32,000 bases of DNA from Thermococcus kodakarensis KOD1 (GTDB lineage Archaea; Methanobacteriota_B; Thermococci; Thermococcales; Thermococcaceae). Both the position numbers and the translations under genes were made by a program. Where the stretch lies: NCBI RefSeq assembly GCF_000009965.1, contig NC_006624.1:2010001-2042000 (forward strand). Direction: 5' to 3'. The notes under the pieces were generated by a model, which was given only the letters and a program-made list of their open reading frames with translations, was not told the DNA's origin and searched no databases. Below are positions 10,517 to 23,826 of the stretch, one piece after another (the first letter of the stretch is position 1; every line of letters begins with the position of its first letter).

Positions 10517-10882
10517 ATGATGACTGAGAAGAAGAAAGGACTGATAGTTAGGGAGCCGTACGCGACCCTCATCGTCGAGGGCGAGAAGGTGTGGGAGATA
10601 CGCAAGTCCAGGACGAAGATAAGGGGAGAAGTGCTCATCATAAGCAACGGGAAGGCCATAGGAAAGGCAGAGCTCGTGGACGTTCTGGGGCCTTTTTCTC
10701 CGGAGGAGCTTGCGGAGCACTTTGACAAGCACCGCGCCGAGCCCGAGTTTCTGAAGGAGTACTCCAATGGAAAGCCGCTCTACGCGTGGGTCTTTAAGAA
10801 CGCCGAGAAGTTTGAGAAGCCTAAGGAAGTTGAGATGGCCAAGGGGGTTCAGATATGGGCCAACGTGGTTCTCAAAGATTAG
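10517..10882 (+). CDS. ASCH (PUA-like) domain protein
   Basis: 121 aa. EPYATLIVEGEKVWEIRKSRTKIRGEVLII fits the ASCH beta-barrel N-terminal pattern (from memory). Confidence 0.65.
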   Translation: MMTEKKKGLIVREPYATLIVEGEKVWEIRKSRTKIRGEVLIISNGKAIGKAELVDVLGPFSPEELAEHFDKHRAEPEFLKEYSNGKPLYAWVFKNAEKFEKPKEVEMAKGVQIWANVVLKD

Positions 10883-11574
10883 CCCTCTTTTTCCCAGCCC
10901 TCCGCTGGCCAGTTCTCCTGCTCCTCGGCCTCTTTCTGGTAATTGTGTTTGCTTTCTTCTCCGGGGCTGTTCTCGTTGCTTTTCGAAGGCTGGGACTCCC
11001 GCCAGAAGTGGCCCTTACGATGTTCGTCTTTGCCCTCGTTGGGAGCTTCATAAACATCCCAATAGCAGAGGAGAGAGCCTACGAGCCCGTCATCAAGCTG
11101 AGAGAAGTCAGCTTCTTTGGGTTCCTCTACCCAATTCCGTACTTTGGGGTGGAAGAGCGGAGAATGATAATCTCGATAAACGTCGGCGGCGCGCTTGTCC
11201 CCCTGAGCATAGTCCTCTACGAGCTTATCCGAATTGCAATGTTGGGACAGTACGGACTACTCTTTAACACACTCCTCGCAGTCCTGATAGCGGCACTCAT
11301 ATGCAACGCTGTCTCTGTACCAGTCAGGGGCGTGGGTATAGCGATGCCCTCAATCGTCCCACCTCTCGTTGCGGTCCTCCTCGGGTGGCTGCTCGGGGAC
11401 GGAAACCCAACGTTGGTTGCCTACGTCAGCGGAACCCTTGGCGCGCTTCTTGGTGCGGACATAATGAACTGGAAAAAACTGAAGCACCTTGATGCTCCCA
11501 TGGTCAGCATTGGTGGGGCGGGTACCTTCGACGGTGTGTTCTTAGCGGGAGTTATTGCCGTCCTCCTGGTATGA
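10855..11574 (+). CDS. Integral membrane protein, DUF1614-like
   Basis: 239 aa with multiple hydrophobic helices and the motifs GSFINIPI and NVGGALVP, remembered from DUF1614. It overlaps the ASCH gene by 28 nt. Confidence 0.65.
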   Translation: MGQRGSQRLALFFPALRWPVLLLLGLFLVIVFAFFSGAVLVAFRRLGLPPEVALTMFVFALVGSFINIPIAEERAYEPVIKLREVSFFGFLYPIPYFGVEERRMIISINVGGALVPLSIVLYELIRIAMLGQYGLLFNTLLAVLIAALICNAVSVPVRGVGIAMPSIVPPLVAVLLGWLLGDGNPTLVAYVSGTLGALLGADIMNWKKLKHLDAPMVSIGGAGTFDGVFLAGVIAVLLV

Positions 11575-11581
11575 CGGTGAG

Positions 11582-11623
11582 TTTATAAGGGGTAAATTCG
11601 ACAGGAATTCGGCAAAGGAGGTG
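11582..11623 (+). promoter_or_regulatory. TATA-like box and RBS upstream of prs
   Basis: TTTATAAG at 11582-11589 and GGAGGTGG at 11616-11623, 5 nt before the ATG at 11629. Confidence 0.4.
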
Positions 11624-11628
11624 GTTGG

Positions 11629-12471
11629 ATGTTTCTTCTGGGCAGCGGTGGAAAGCACTTCGAGGATGAGCTCAGGAATGCAGGTGCGAAGATTCTTGAG
11701 GTTGAGATAAAGCGCTTCCCCGATGGTGAGAAGTACGTGAGGGTTATGGGCAACGGGGATGAAGCAACAGTCGTAAGCTCAACATTCTACCCGCAGGACG
11801 AGAAGATAGTCGAGCTGTTACTCCTTGGGGATGCTCTGAGAGAGAAAGGTTTTGAAAAGCTGAAGCTGGTTGTTCCGTACTTCGCCTACAGCAGGCAGGA
11901 CAGGGTGACCAAGGATGGGGAGCCGATAAGCGTCAGGGCGGTCATGAGGGCGCTCGGCATCTACTACGAGGAGCTCTACATCTTTGACACCCACAACCCT
12001 GAGACTCTCAGGTTCTTCCCAGGGAAGGCAGTTAATGTTTCACCTGCCAGGGTTATTGGCGAGTACTTCCGTGAGAAGCTGGGGGACGGCCTTGTGCTCG
12101 CACCCGACAAAGGTGCGTTGGAGAGGGCCAGGGCCGTTGCGGAAGTCCTTGGTCTTGAGTACAGCCACTTTGAGAAGCGCAGGATATCCCCGACAGAGGT
12201 CGAGATGCATCCCGTTGACGTTGATGTGAAGGGCAAAAACGTCCTGATAGTGGACGACATAATCAGCACGGGCGGTACTATGGTGAGGGCCGCTGAACTG
12301 TTGAGGAAGCTCGGGGCCAAGAAAATTTACGTCTCCGCAACGCACGGTGTCTTTGCCGAGGGGGCAATAGAAAGGGTCAGCAGGGCTGTTGATGAGCTTG
12401 CCGTTACCAACACCATACCAACTCCGGTATCGAGGATAAGCATAGTGCCAGAGTTGCTAAAGCTTGAGTGA
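11629..12471 (+). CDS. prs: Ribose-phosphate pyrophosphokinase (PRPP synthetase)
   Basis: 280 aa. The PRPP-binding loop [13 protein letters not shown] and the motifs YFAYSRQDR and FPDGE are present. Confidence 0.9.
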   Translation: MFLLGSGGKHFEDELRNAGAKILEVEIKRFPDGEKYVRVMGNGDEATVVSSTFYPQDEKIVELLLLGDALREKGFEKLKLVVPYFAYSRQDRVTKDGEPISVRAVMRALGIYYEELYIFDTHNPETLRFFPGKAVNVSPARVIGEYFREKLGDGLVLAPDKGALERARAVAEVLGLEYSHFEKRRISPTEVEMHPVDVDVKGKNVLIVDDIISTGGTMVRAAELLRKLGAKKIYVSATHGVFAEGAIERVSRAVDELAVTNTIPTPVSRISIVPELLKLE

Positions 12472-12494
12472 TCTTGCTAGGTTCTATCATTATG

Positions 12495-12600
12495 TTTTGA
12501 CATTTTTATGCTAATTTTTCCACATTTGGAACTCCTTTTTAACGCTTTCATTTTCAAAAATATGGCTCCTCCAGGGTTTTGCAAAAATTTTTCACTGCAG
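12495..12600 (+). promoter_or_regulatory. rRNA operon promoter region (several TATA-like boxes)
   Basis: This is the only strongly AT-rich stretch upstream of the GC-rich leader. Candidate boxes are CATTTTTATGC, CCTTTTTAACG, TCAAAAATATGG and GCAAAAATTTTTCAC. The transcription start cannot be assigned by eye. Confidence 0.45.
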
Positions 12601-12776
12601 GGGTTCGTCCCTATAGGGTGGAGCGCCCGAACAGGGCGCGACGAAACCCGAGCGCCAAGACGGCGGCGTCGGGGGGAACGGGTGCAAAGCACCCAGGATG
12701 AACCCCGCCCTCCAGCTCGGGTCACAAAAAGGTGCGCTCCCGAGGAAACGCCGAAAGGCGGACCCCTCGGGGGTAA

Positions 12777-12812
12777 GGCAGGCCCGACATCCCGACCAAA
12801 CCCCGGACGGGA
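12777..12812 (+). other. 16S rRNA processing stem, 5' arm
   Basis: 12777-12793 is perfectly complementary (17 bp) to 14383-14399, and 12801-12812 (12 bp) to 14364-14375. The two helices are separated by a 7x7-nt internal loop (GACCAAA / GGTTTAA). Confidence 0.8.
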
Positions 12813-12863
12813 ATTATGGTACTTCCCGCTAAGGGAAGTCCCACCGGCCGTACTCCTTGCTCA

Positions 12864-14352
<1,489 letters not shown>

Positions 14353-14363
14353 ATCGCCGGAAA

Positions 14364-14399
14364 TCCCGTCCGGGGGGTTTAAGGGATGTCGGGCCTGCC
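14364..14399 (+). other. 16S rRNA processing stem, 3' arm
   Basis: Complement of 12777-12812 (see the 5' arm). It ends 6 nt before tRNA-Ala. Confidence 0.8.
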
Positions 14400-14405
14400 A
14401 TCAGT

Positions 14406-14482
14406 GGGCCGGTAGCTCAGCCTGGGAGAGCGTCGGCTTTGCAAGCCGAAGGCCCCGGGTTCGAATCCCGGCCGGTCCACCA
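14406..14482 (+). tRNA. tRNA-Ala (anticodon UGC), CCA encoded
   Basis: A full cloverleaf was folded by hand: acceptor GGGCCGG/CCGGUCC including the G3:U70 Ala identity pair, anticodon loop UUUGCAA, T-loop UUCGAAU, discriminator A and an encoded CCA. It lies in the 16S-23S spacer. Confidence 0.97.
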
Positions 14483-14550
14483 CGAAGAGGTGCACATCCC
14501 GAGCACGGCTCGGGGTGGAAGGGCCTGAGACCCCGAACAGGGGTCACGAT

Positions 14551-14583
14551 GAGGGCCGTGCATAGGCGAGCTGGTCCAGAAAA
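14551..14583 (+). other. 23S rRNA processing stem, 5' arm with canonical bulge-helix-bulge
   Basis: 14551-14576 is perfectly complementary (26 bp) to 17632-17657. Next comes the central 4-bp helix CAGA (14577-14580) paired with TCTG (17625-17628). It is flanked by 3-nt bulges AAA (14581-14583) and AGA (17629-17631) on opposite strands. Confidence 0.85.
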
Positions 14584-17624
<3,041 letters not shown>

Positions 17625-17657
17625 TCTGAGAGACCAGCTCGCCTATGCACGGCCCTC
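17625..17657 (+). other. 23S rRNA processing stem, 3' arm
   Basis: Complement of 14551-14580 and includes the AGA bulge of the BHB motif (see the 5' arm). Confidence 0.85.
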
Positions 17658-17795
17658 AAGCCCCAATAATCCTTCTGAAAATTCTGTTCTCTGTGATCGT
17701 TGTGATTAACTGCAATGATAAGTATTGATTGCGTTCCTGTTTATTCTGATAGCAACTGTTAAATTGTTGCTTATTGAGATCTTTTGGTGGTTTGC

Positions 17796-18272
17796 ATGAG
17801 GTTATTGATTCTTGACCTTGATGGAACTCTCTGGGATCATGAAGACGCTTCTCGACTTACTCCACCCTACGAGTTTCATGGCGATTACCTCGTCGATGCC
17901 TACGGTGAGGAACTGCACCTTTTTCCAGGCGTCCGCGAGTTTCTTGACTGGGCCAGCGAACGCTTTCTCCTCTCAATAGCCAGCTGGAACGTGGAGGAGA
18001 AAGTGAGGCCCATCCTCGAAGGCTTTGGCCTCTGGGACTACTTCCTGTTCCCGAAAATCGAGGGACACCCCAACAAGGCGGACATGATACGAAGAACCAT
18101 TGAGGAGCTCGAATCGATTGGTTATACAATCGACGACGTCATCTACGTTGACGATAGGGCAATCCACGTGGACAAGATTAAACAGGAACTGCCAGATGTT
18201 GACTTCATCCACATGTGGGTTGATGTAAAGTCTTTTGAGGAGCTTAAACAACTCCTTGAAAAGCTGGACTGA
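17796..18272 (+). CDS. HAD-superfamily phosphatase, magnesium-dependent phosphatase-1 (MDP-1)-like
   Basis: HAD motif I LILDLDGTLWDH, motif II IASWN, and a distal YVDDR. ATG at 17796 (the track start at 17784 is a TTG). Confidence 0.75.
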   Translation: MRLLILDLDGTLWDHEDASRLTPPYEFHGDYLVDAYGEELHLFPGVREFLDWASERFLLSIASWNVEEKVRPILEGFGLWDYFLFPKIEGHPNKADMIRRTIEELESIGYTIDDVIYVDDRAIHVDKIKQELPDVDFIHMWVDVKSFEELKQLLEKLD

Positions 18273-18282
18273 GGTGATTGAA

Positions 18283-18849
18283 ATGGAACTTCTTATCGTC
18301 AAGGACAAAAGAATAGACTACGACGGCTCTGCAATCCAGAGCCACTGGGCCTACAGAAACTTTGGAATCCTCGGCGACTCGATAGTGATCTTCCGCGGGA
18401 AATGCGACGTTAAAGTGGAGGAGATGATTGACATCGAAGACCTCCGTCAGAGCAAGGAGATAAAGAGCCACGACATGGTGCACTACATCATCGAGGTTTT
18501 TGACCTTGTAAACACACTCTTTGCCTCGACGCTCCAGAAGCTCTTCATAGCAAGGCTGTGCGAGGTTCTGGGTGAGTACGGAGTAAAGACTCAAAGGAAG
18601 GGCGACGACATCTATGTGAACGGAAAGAAGCTCAGCATCTCGATAGCCACGGTCTCTCCCGTCAGTGTGAAGATGCACATCGGCATAAACGTCGAGGCCA
18701 GGGGAATTCCAGAGGGCGTTGACGCGATAGGCCTGAAAGAGCTTGGGGTAACCGACGTTGATGAGTTCATGGAGAAGACTGGTAAGGCCCTCGTTGAGGA
18801 GTTCAACAAGGTAAAGAGGGACAGCCTCAAGGTAAGGTGGGCTCAGTAG
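18283..18849 (+). CDS. Conserved archaeal protein, DUF366-like
   Basis: 188 aa from the ATG at 18283, preceded by GAGGTGA (18271-18277). The family name is a tentative recollection. No catalytic motif was recognised. Confidence 0.55.
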   Translation: MELLIVKDKRIDYDGSAIQSHWAYRNFGILGDSIVIFRGKCDVKVEEMIDIEDLRQSKEIKSHDMVHYIIEVFDLVNTLFASTLQKLFIARLCEVLGEYGVKTQRKGDDIYVNGKKLSISIATVSPVSVKMHIGINVEARGIPEGVDAIGLKELGVTDVDEFMEKTGKALVEEFNKVKRDSLKVRWAQ

Positions 18850-19454
18850 AAGAAATAGAGTAGAGACCCAACGAGGGGAACCGCGAGGTTGTCGTCCACC
18901 CACGGCTGGTATTCAGCCAGCATGAGCACGAATGCCCACCCTATTTTTCCTATTGTGCTCCCTTCGAGAAGGGCAATCGCGATTATAACTGCCGTTACTA
19001 GGTAGCCTAAACTCCCAGTCCAGTGCTTTTTGAGCTTTACGTTGAAGCCGTTCCGCCTGAAGTAGTGGTGCCTGATTATCCCGGTAACTCCGTCGCTTAT
19101 TGCCATCGCCAAAAGCAGGGCCGTTGAATAGTTTCTTGGCATGAAGTAACTTATTCCAGCGGCGGAAAGAGCGAAGAACACTTCACCGTAGTTGTTCTGG
19201 AGCTGATACCACGAGAATTCGCTCCGTTTTAGGTGGGGCCACAGCTGTGTGAGGCCGAAGGCGAAGGCCGCTGGTGCGAATACCTCTTTCGGAATGAGCC
19301 CATAATAGAACATCAGTATTGCTGGAACAATGCTGAAGTGTATGAGCTTCCTGTTCACCCAGGCCCATTCCTGCCCTAGGTACTTTGTAAACCAGATCGT
19401 CCCGACTATGATTGAAGCTCCAATAACGGCATAGGGAACCCAGCTGAAGTCCAC
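18843..19454 (-). CDS. Polytopic membrane protein, dolichol/polyprenol kinase-like (COG0170-like)
   Basis: 203 aa with about 6 hydrophobic helices. NRKLIH and ISDGVTGIIR resemble conserved motifs of CTP-dependent polyprenol kinases. The assignment is tentative. Confidence 0.5.
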   Translation of the reverse strand: MDFSWVPYAVIGASIIVGTIWFTKYLGQEWAWVNRKLIHFSIVPAILMFYYGLIPKEVFAPAAFAFGLTQLWPHLKRSEFSWYQLQNNYGEVFFALSAAGISYFMPRNYSTALLLAMAISDGVTGIIRHHYFRRNGFNVKLKKHWTGSLGYLVTAVIIAIALLEGSTIGKIGWAFVLMLAEYQPWVDDNLAVPLVGSLLYFFY

Positions 19455-19501
19455 GTTATTTCACCAAAGATGAAAAGCGTGAGGAGGGTTATATACCTTG
19501 C

Positions 19502-20416
19502 TCATCCGAAGGCCTTATGCACTGCCTCTAGGGCGTTTACGAAATCCCCAGCGTGCACAACGATATACCACTCTCTTGTTCTCGTCAGCTCTCCCCTCGA
19601 CTTTCCGATCAGCTCTCCGTAAAGGCCCTGGATTCTTATCCTGGGCTCTGTGGTCGTTAGCTTCAGCGTTATCTCCGTTGGCTTTCCGTTTTCCCAGATC
19701 ACGCCGACTTTTAAGCCCGCTTTCGTCTCCTTCCTCTTCTTCAGCCCGAGCTTTAGGTAGCGGAGCCTCTCCTCTGGAACCCCATTCTCCTCTGCTTTCT
19801 CTCGTAGGTACTCATCCGCTAGGGTTAATCCATGAAGTCCGAGGGCGTATCCGAAGACTGGTATCCCGAGGTCTTTCCTGCTTCTCCCCTTGTAGGCGTA
19901 GACCTCTATTCTGCTTCCAGAGCCCTTTGAAGCCAGCTGAATTCCCATGGCCTCTTCGTCTTTGAAAGCCCCGAACTCCTCAACGATGTCCTCGTACGCT
20001 GAGAATGGGAGCGAAAAGCTCGCCCACGTTCCCCAGAGCCGCGGTGGCACGGAAAGAAAGCCCCTCTCCTCAAGGTGGTACTCCATGGGCTTTGGCTTCA
20101 GCACGAGAAAGCCCTTCTCAGTTACGTCTAGTTCGATCACCGCCCGCTCTTCTGGGAGGAGGGCGAACTTTCCATCGCCCTCATAGTCTCTTGCCTTCAG
20201 CAACCTCGATTCCCTAATTTTTCTGTGTTCTCTTGAGCTTACGACAACTGGAACGGGTGTTTTTCTTCCGCTCTCTTTATCGTACGGCACCTTGAATCCT
20301 GCCTTCAGGAGCTCTTCCTGTATCTCCAGCGACGCCGGAAAGAAAACTTGGCTCCTTAGAAGTTCAACTTCCACTTCGATCACCGTTTTATTTTTCTGTC
20401 GTCTTGTTTTTACCAT
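19502..20416 (-). CDS. Hypothetical protein (304 aa), no recognised domain
   Basis: Long ORF with an ATG start and typical K/E-rich thermophile composition and codon usage. It is divergent from lysK. A TTATTAAG TATA-like box lies about 25-30 nt upstream, so the transcript may be leaderless. Confidence 0.6.
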   Translation of the reverse strand: MVKTRRQKNKTVIEVEVELLRSQVFFPASLEIQEELLKAGFKVPYDKESGRKTPVPVVVSSREHRKIRESRLLKARDYEGDGKFALLPEERAVIELDVTEKGFLVLKPKPMEYHLEERGFLSVPPRLWGTWASFSLPFSAYEDIVEEFGAFKDEEAMGIQLASKGSGSRIEVYAYKGRSRKDLGIPVFGYALGLHGLTLADEYLREKAEENGVPEERLRYLKLGLKKRKETKAGLKVGVIWENGKPTEITLKLTTTEPRIRIQGLYGELIGKSRGELTRTREWYIVVHAGDFVNALEAVHKAFG

Positions 20417-20506
20417 TAAGCTTTATAACTTTTACCCTTAATAACGTAGTTTTGAACCGGCCGTAACCTTAAAAGGGCATTCCACGAGCTAAGCGCGGTG
20501 GTGAAA

Positions 20507-22087
20507 ATGGTTCACTGGGCTGACTACATGGCCGAGAAGATCATCAGGGAAAGGGGCGACAAGGAGGAGTACGTGGTAGAGAGCGGAATAACCCCGAGCG
20601 GTTACGTTCACATAGGCAACTTCCGCGAGTTCTTTACCGCTTACATCGTTGGACACGCCCTCAGGGACAGGGGCAAGAGGGTCAGGCACATCCACATGTG
20701 GGACGACTACGACCGCTTTAGGAAGGTTCCCAAGAACGTCCCACCCGAATGGAAAGAGCACCTCACGAAGCCGGTCCGCGAGGTTCCGGACCCCTGGGGC
20801 TGCCATGAGAGCTACGCGGACCACTTCATGAGCCTCTTCGAGGAGGAAATCTCAAAGCTTGGCATTGAGGCTGACTTTCTCCACGCGAGCGAGTTGTACA
20901 AGAGCGGCGAATATGCCAAGGAGATAAGGCTCGCCCTTGAGAAGAGGGACGAGATAAAGGCCATTCTCGACAAGTACCGCGAGAGGGCAAAGCAGCCGCC
21001 ACTCGAAGACTCCTGGCAGCCGGTCATGATCTACTGCCCACACTGCAGGAAGGAAGCTGAGTTCGTCTCCTGGGACGGCGAGTGGAAGGTGTCTTATAAG
21101 TGCCCCCACTGCGGCGCTGAGGGCGAGACTGATATCAGAGAAGGCAACGTCAAGCTCCGCTGGCGCGTTGACTGGCCGATGAGATGGGCTCACTTTAAGG
21201 TTGACTTCGAGCCAGCGGGTAAGGATCACCTGGCCGCTGGAAGCTCCTACGACACTGGAAAGGAGATAGTGGAGAAGGTCTTTGGCTGGAAGGCACCTCT
21301 GACACTCATGTATGAGTTCGTCGGCATAAAGGGCCAGAAGGGCAAGATGAGCGGGAGCAAGGGTAACGTGATTTTACTTTCCGACCTCTACGAGGTTCTT
21401 GAGCCCGGAATAATCCGCTTCATCTACGCAAAGGCCAGACCGAACAAGGAGCTGAGGATAGACCTCGGCCTCGGTCTGCTCAACCTCTACGACGAGTTCG
21501 ACAGGGTCGAGCGCATCTACTTCGGCCTTGAGCATGCAAAGAATCCCGAAGAGGAAGAAGAGCTGAAGAGGACGTACGAGCTTTCGATGCCGAAGCTCCC
21601 GGAGAGGCTGGTGGCTCAGGCACCCTTCCGATTCCTGGTTACCCTCGTCCAGATGCCGCACCTCGATGAGGACGGGATAATAAGGATTCTCCAGGAGCAG
21701 GGCCATGTCCCGGAGAACCTCACCGATGATGACATCGAGAGGATAAAGCTTCGCATACGCCTGGCCAAGAACTGGGTCGAGAAGTACGCACCAGACGACG
21801 TTAAGTTCTCGCTCCTCGAAAGGCCTCCCGAGATAGAGCTCAGGCCCGAAATTAGGGAAGCAATGCTCGAAGTTGCAGAGTGGCTTGAGGAGCACGAGAG
21901 GTTCAGCGTCGATGAGCTGAACAACGTTATCTTCGACGCGGCAAAGAAGCGTGGTATTCCAAGTAAGGAGTGGTTCAAGGCACTCTATAACATCTTCATA
22001 GGCAAGGACAGAGGGCCGAGGCTGGCACCGTTCCTGGCTTCCCTGAACAGGGAGTTCGTCATCAAGAGGCTGAGGCTAGAGGGTTAA
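20507..22087 (+). CDS. lysK: Lysine--tRNA ligase, class I
   Basis: N-terminal MVHWADY...[14 protein letters not shown] (HIGH-type motif), KMSGSKG (KMSKS motif) and the zinc-ribbon-like CPHC...CPHC. ATG at 20507 is preceded by GGTGGTGA. The track start at 20498 is a GTG. Confidence 0.93.
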   Translation: MVHWADYMAEKIIRERGDKEEYVVESGITPSGYVHIGNFREFFTAYIVGHALRDRGKRVRHIHMWDDYDRFRKVPKNVPPEWKEHLTKPVREVPDPWGCHESYADHFMSLFEEEISKLGIEADFLHASELYKSGEYAKEIRLALEKRDEIKAILDKYRERAKQPPLEDSWQPVMIYCPHCRKEAEFVSWDGEWKVSYKCPHCGAEGETDIREGNVKLRWRVDWPMRWAHFKVDFEPAGKDHLAAGSSYDTGKEIVEKVFGWKAPLTLMYEFVGIKGQKGKMSGSKGNVILLSDLYEVLEPGIIRFIYAKARPNKELRIDLGLGLLNLYDEFDRVERIYFGLEHAKNPEEEEELKRTYELSMPKLPERLVAQAPFRFLVTLVQMPHLDEDGIIRILQEQGHVPENLTDDDIERIKLRIRLAKNWVEKYAPDDVKFSLLERPPEIELRPEIREAMLEVAEWLEEHERFSVDELNNVIFDAAKKRGIPSKEWFKALYNIFIGKDRGPRLAPFLASLNREFVIKRLRLEG

Positions 22088-22093
22088 ACCCCT

Positions 22094-22780
22094 CTATTTC
22101 TTTGGTCCATAGACCTGGAAGTAGGAGTGCTCGTTCAGCTTTTCTTCTCCCTCTTTCCTGAAGTAGAGCTTCGCGAGCAGTTCAACTGCCATTTTGCCCC
22201 AAACGTTGAACTTCACCCTGAACGAGTCCTTTTCGCTCTGAAACTCTATGACGACGGTCTTTTCTTCTTGGTCTGGTAGAACCTTGTTTACCCAGTACTC
22301 GGCTCCGACTACCTGGCCGTTCATGAGAACTGGCAGGAGCGCCCTTAGGTCTGTGAACTGAAGGATAAACTTTCCTCCAGGCTTCAGAACTCTTGCAGTT
22401 TCTTTGAAAACCTTGGCTAAGTCCTGAGGTTCAAAGTGGACGAGGCTGTCTATAAAGAGCACGTAGTCAAAGCTGTCGTTTTCGAACGGGAGTTCTCTCG
22501 CGTCTCCTTCGATGAACTCTACACGAGACTCCTTCTCTTTCGCAAACTCCCTCGCTTTTTCCAGCATGAACCTGCTGTTGTCAAGTCCGACTACCTCAAA
22601 TCCGAGGTCCTCTAGAAGGAACGAGAAGCCCCCAACACCGCAGGCGAGGTCAAGGACCCTACCTCTCGTTTTCATGAACTTCATAAGTAGCGGCTCCAGG
22701 TTCTCTATCCTTCTCCGATACTCCTCGGAGTTTATGTCGCTGTAGGCTTTAAATGCTGAGTAGTACTCTACAAACCCCAT
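22094..22780 (-). CDS. Class I SAM-dependent methyltransferase
   Basis: 228 aa. Motif I is VLDLACGVGGFS, followed by an acidic loop (GLDNS) and FDYVLFIDSLVHF. The substrate is not inferable. Confidence 0.85.
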   Translation of the reverse strand: MGFVEYYSAFKAYSDINSEEYRRRIENLEPLLMKFMKTRGRVLDLACGVGGFSFLLEDLGFEVVGLDNSRFMLEKAREFAKEKESRVEFIEGDARELPFENDSFDYVLFIDSLVHFEPQDLAKVFKETARVLKPGGKFILQFTDLRALLPVLMNGQVVGAEYWVNKVLPDQEEKTVVIEFQSEKDSFRVKFNVWGKMAVELLAKLYFRKEGEEKLNEHSYFQVYGPKK

Positions 22781-22869
22781 GTTGGTAGGTTTGTTTTGAG
22801 ACCTTATATACCTAACCCGCGCACTAGATTTTTAATGACTCCAATTGAGATTCCGTCGGGGTGAGGTTA

Positions 22870-23826
22870 ATGGATTCGATCAGAATCAAAGCGCCGGCCC
22901 ATCTTCACACTGGGAACCCCGACCTCAGCGGTGACATGGGCAGGCTCTACGGGACAGTTGGTTTTGCAATCGAGACCCCTTCTCTGGAGGTTGAAGTTAG
23001 GAAGTCTGATAGGGACCGTTCGAACGACAACGACGCTTTGAAGTTTTTAAGGCGGTTCAGGGAGTCCTACGACTTTCCGCCGGTTGAGGTTACAGTCCGC
23101 AGGTACATTCCTAAATGGGTCGGGATAGGTTTCCACACGACCCTTGCACTGACCATGGGCGCGGCAATATCCAAACTCTACGGTCTCGGCTTGTCCCTTG
23201 AGGACGTTGCTTTGGCCATGCGCAGGGGTTTGATAACCGCTCTGGGCTTCTACGCTGTTAAAGTAGGAGGCTTTATCTACGAGGGCGGCTTCCCGGTTGA
23301 TAGGCGGGAAAAAGTAGTCCCCCCGCTGATATTCAGGGGCGAAATGCCCGAGGACTGGCTCTTCGTGGTCGCCATTCCGGAGACGCCGAGGAAGGCCCTC
23401 ACCGAGGTCAGGAAGAGGGAGGACGAGATTCTCGGAAACCTGAAGAAGATGCCCCCTGAGCTGGCCGACAGGCTCTCAAGGATAGTCCTCATGAAGATCC
23501 TTCCAGCTTTCGTTGAGAGAGACATCAGAACCTTCGGAGAAGGTCTGTACCAGTTCAACCACCTCCTCGGCGAGTTCTGGAGCGATTACCAGGAGAACGT
23601 CTACTGCTGTGACATCGTGAACGAGGGAATCAAGCTGATGCTCGAAAGGGCCCACTGCGCCTGCCAGACGAGCTGGGGGCCGACCTTCTATGGCCTCGTT
23701 GATGGTATTGAACATGCTGAAAGGCTCAGGGCCGAGGTTGAGGCCTTCCTCAGGGAGAACGGAGACGGTGGTGAGGTCTTCGTCACGAAGGCCGACAACA
23801 GGGGAATGGTGGTGCTGGATGGTTAA
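22870..23826 (+). CDS. Beta-ribofuranosylaminobenzene 5'-phosphate (RFAP) synthase family protein (GHMP-kinase fold)
   Basis: The N-terminal IRIKAPAHLHTG...DLSGDMGRLYGTVGFAIE matches the remembered RFAP-synthase signature. The GHMP-like loop is VGIGFHTTLALTMG. ATG at 22870 is preceded by GGGGTGAGG. The track start at 22861 is a GTG. Confidence 0.75.
   Translation: MDSIRIKAPAHLHTGNPDLSGDMGRLYGTVGFAIETPSLEVEVRKSDRDRSNDNDALKFLRRFRESYDFPPVEVTVRRYIPKWVGIGFHTTLALTMGAAISKLYGLGLSLEDVALAMRRGLITALGFYAVKVGGFIYEGGFPVDRREKVVPPLIFRGEMPEDWLFVVAIPETPRKALTEVRKREDEILGNLKKMPPELADRLSRIVLMKILPAFVERDIRTFGEGLYQFNHLLGEFWSDYQENVYCCDIVNEGIKLMLERAHCACQTSWGPTFYGLVDGIEHAERLRAEVEAFLRENGDGGEVFVTKADNRGMVVLDG

Noticed and set aside
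10517-10544. ATGATGA followed directly by CTGA, and a second CTGA 17 nt later
   Set aside because: These are the first codons (ATG ATG ACT GAG …) of the ASCH-domain gene, and the geometry is incompatible with a C/D RNA.
10767-11267. 166-aa plus-strand ORF overlapping the ASCH and DUF1614 genes in another frame
   Set aside because: The translation is R/S/P-rich and low in complexity. The alternative frames give a recognisable ASCH domain and a multi-helix membrane protein.
17693-17750. Possible C/D box sRNA in the post-23S spacer (GTGATCG / ATGATAA ... CTGA)
   Set aside because: The box sequences are degenerate, and the guide spacings (24 nt between ATGATAA and CTGA) do not fit the 12-nt rule. 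No terminal stem is present.
17625-17800. Search for a 5S rRNA or further tRNA genes downstream of the 23S
   Set aside because: The spacer is about 135 nt of AT-rich sequence with no 5S-like helices or cloverleaf. The next feature is a protein gene. An unlinked 5S is normal for Thermococcales.
19498-19965. 155-aa plus-strand ORF (S/L/R/P-rich) opposite the 304-aa hypothetical gene
   Set aside because: The composition is non-protein-like. It is the antisense frame of a longer ORF with normal composition and a proper ATG and promoter context.
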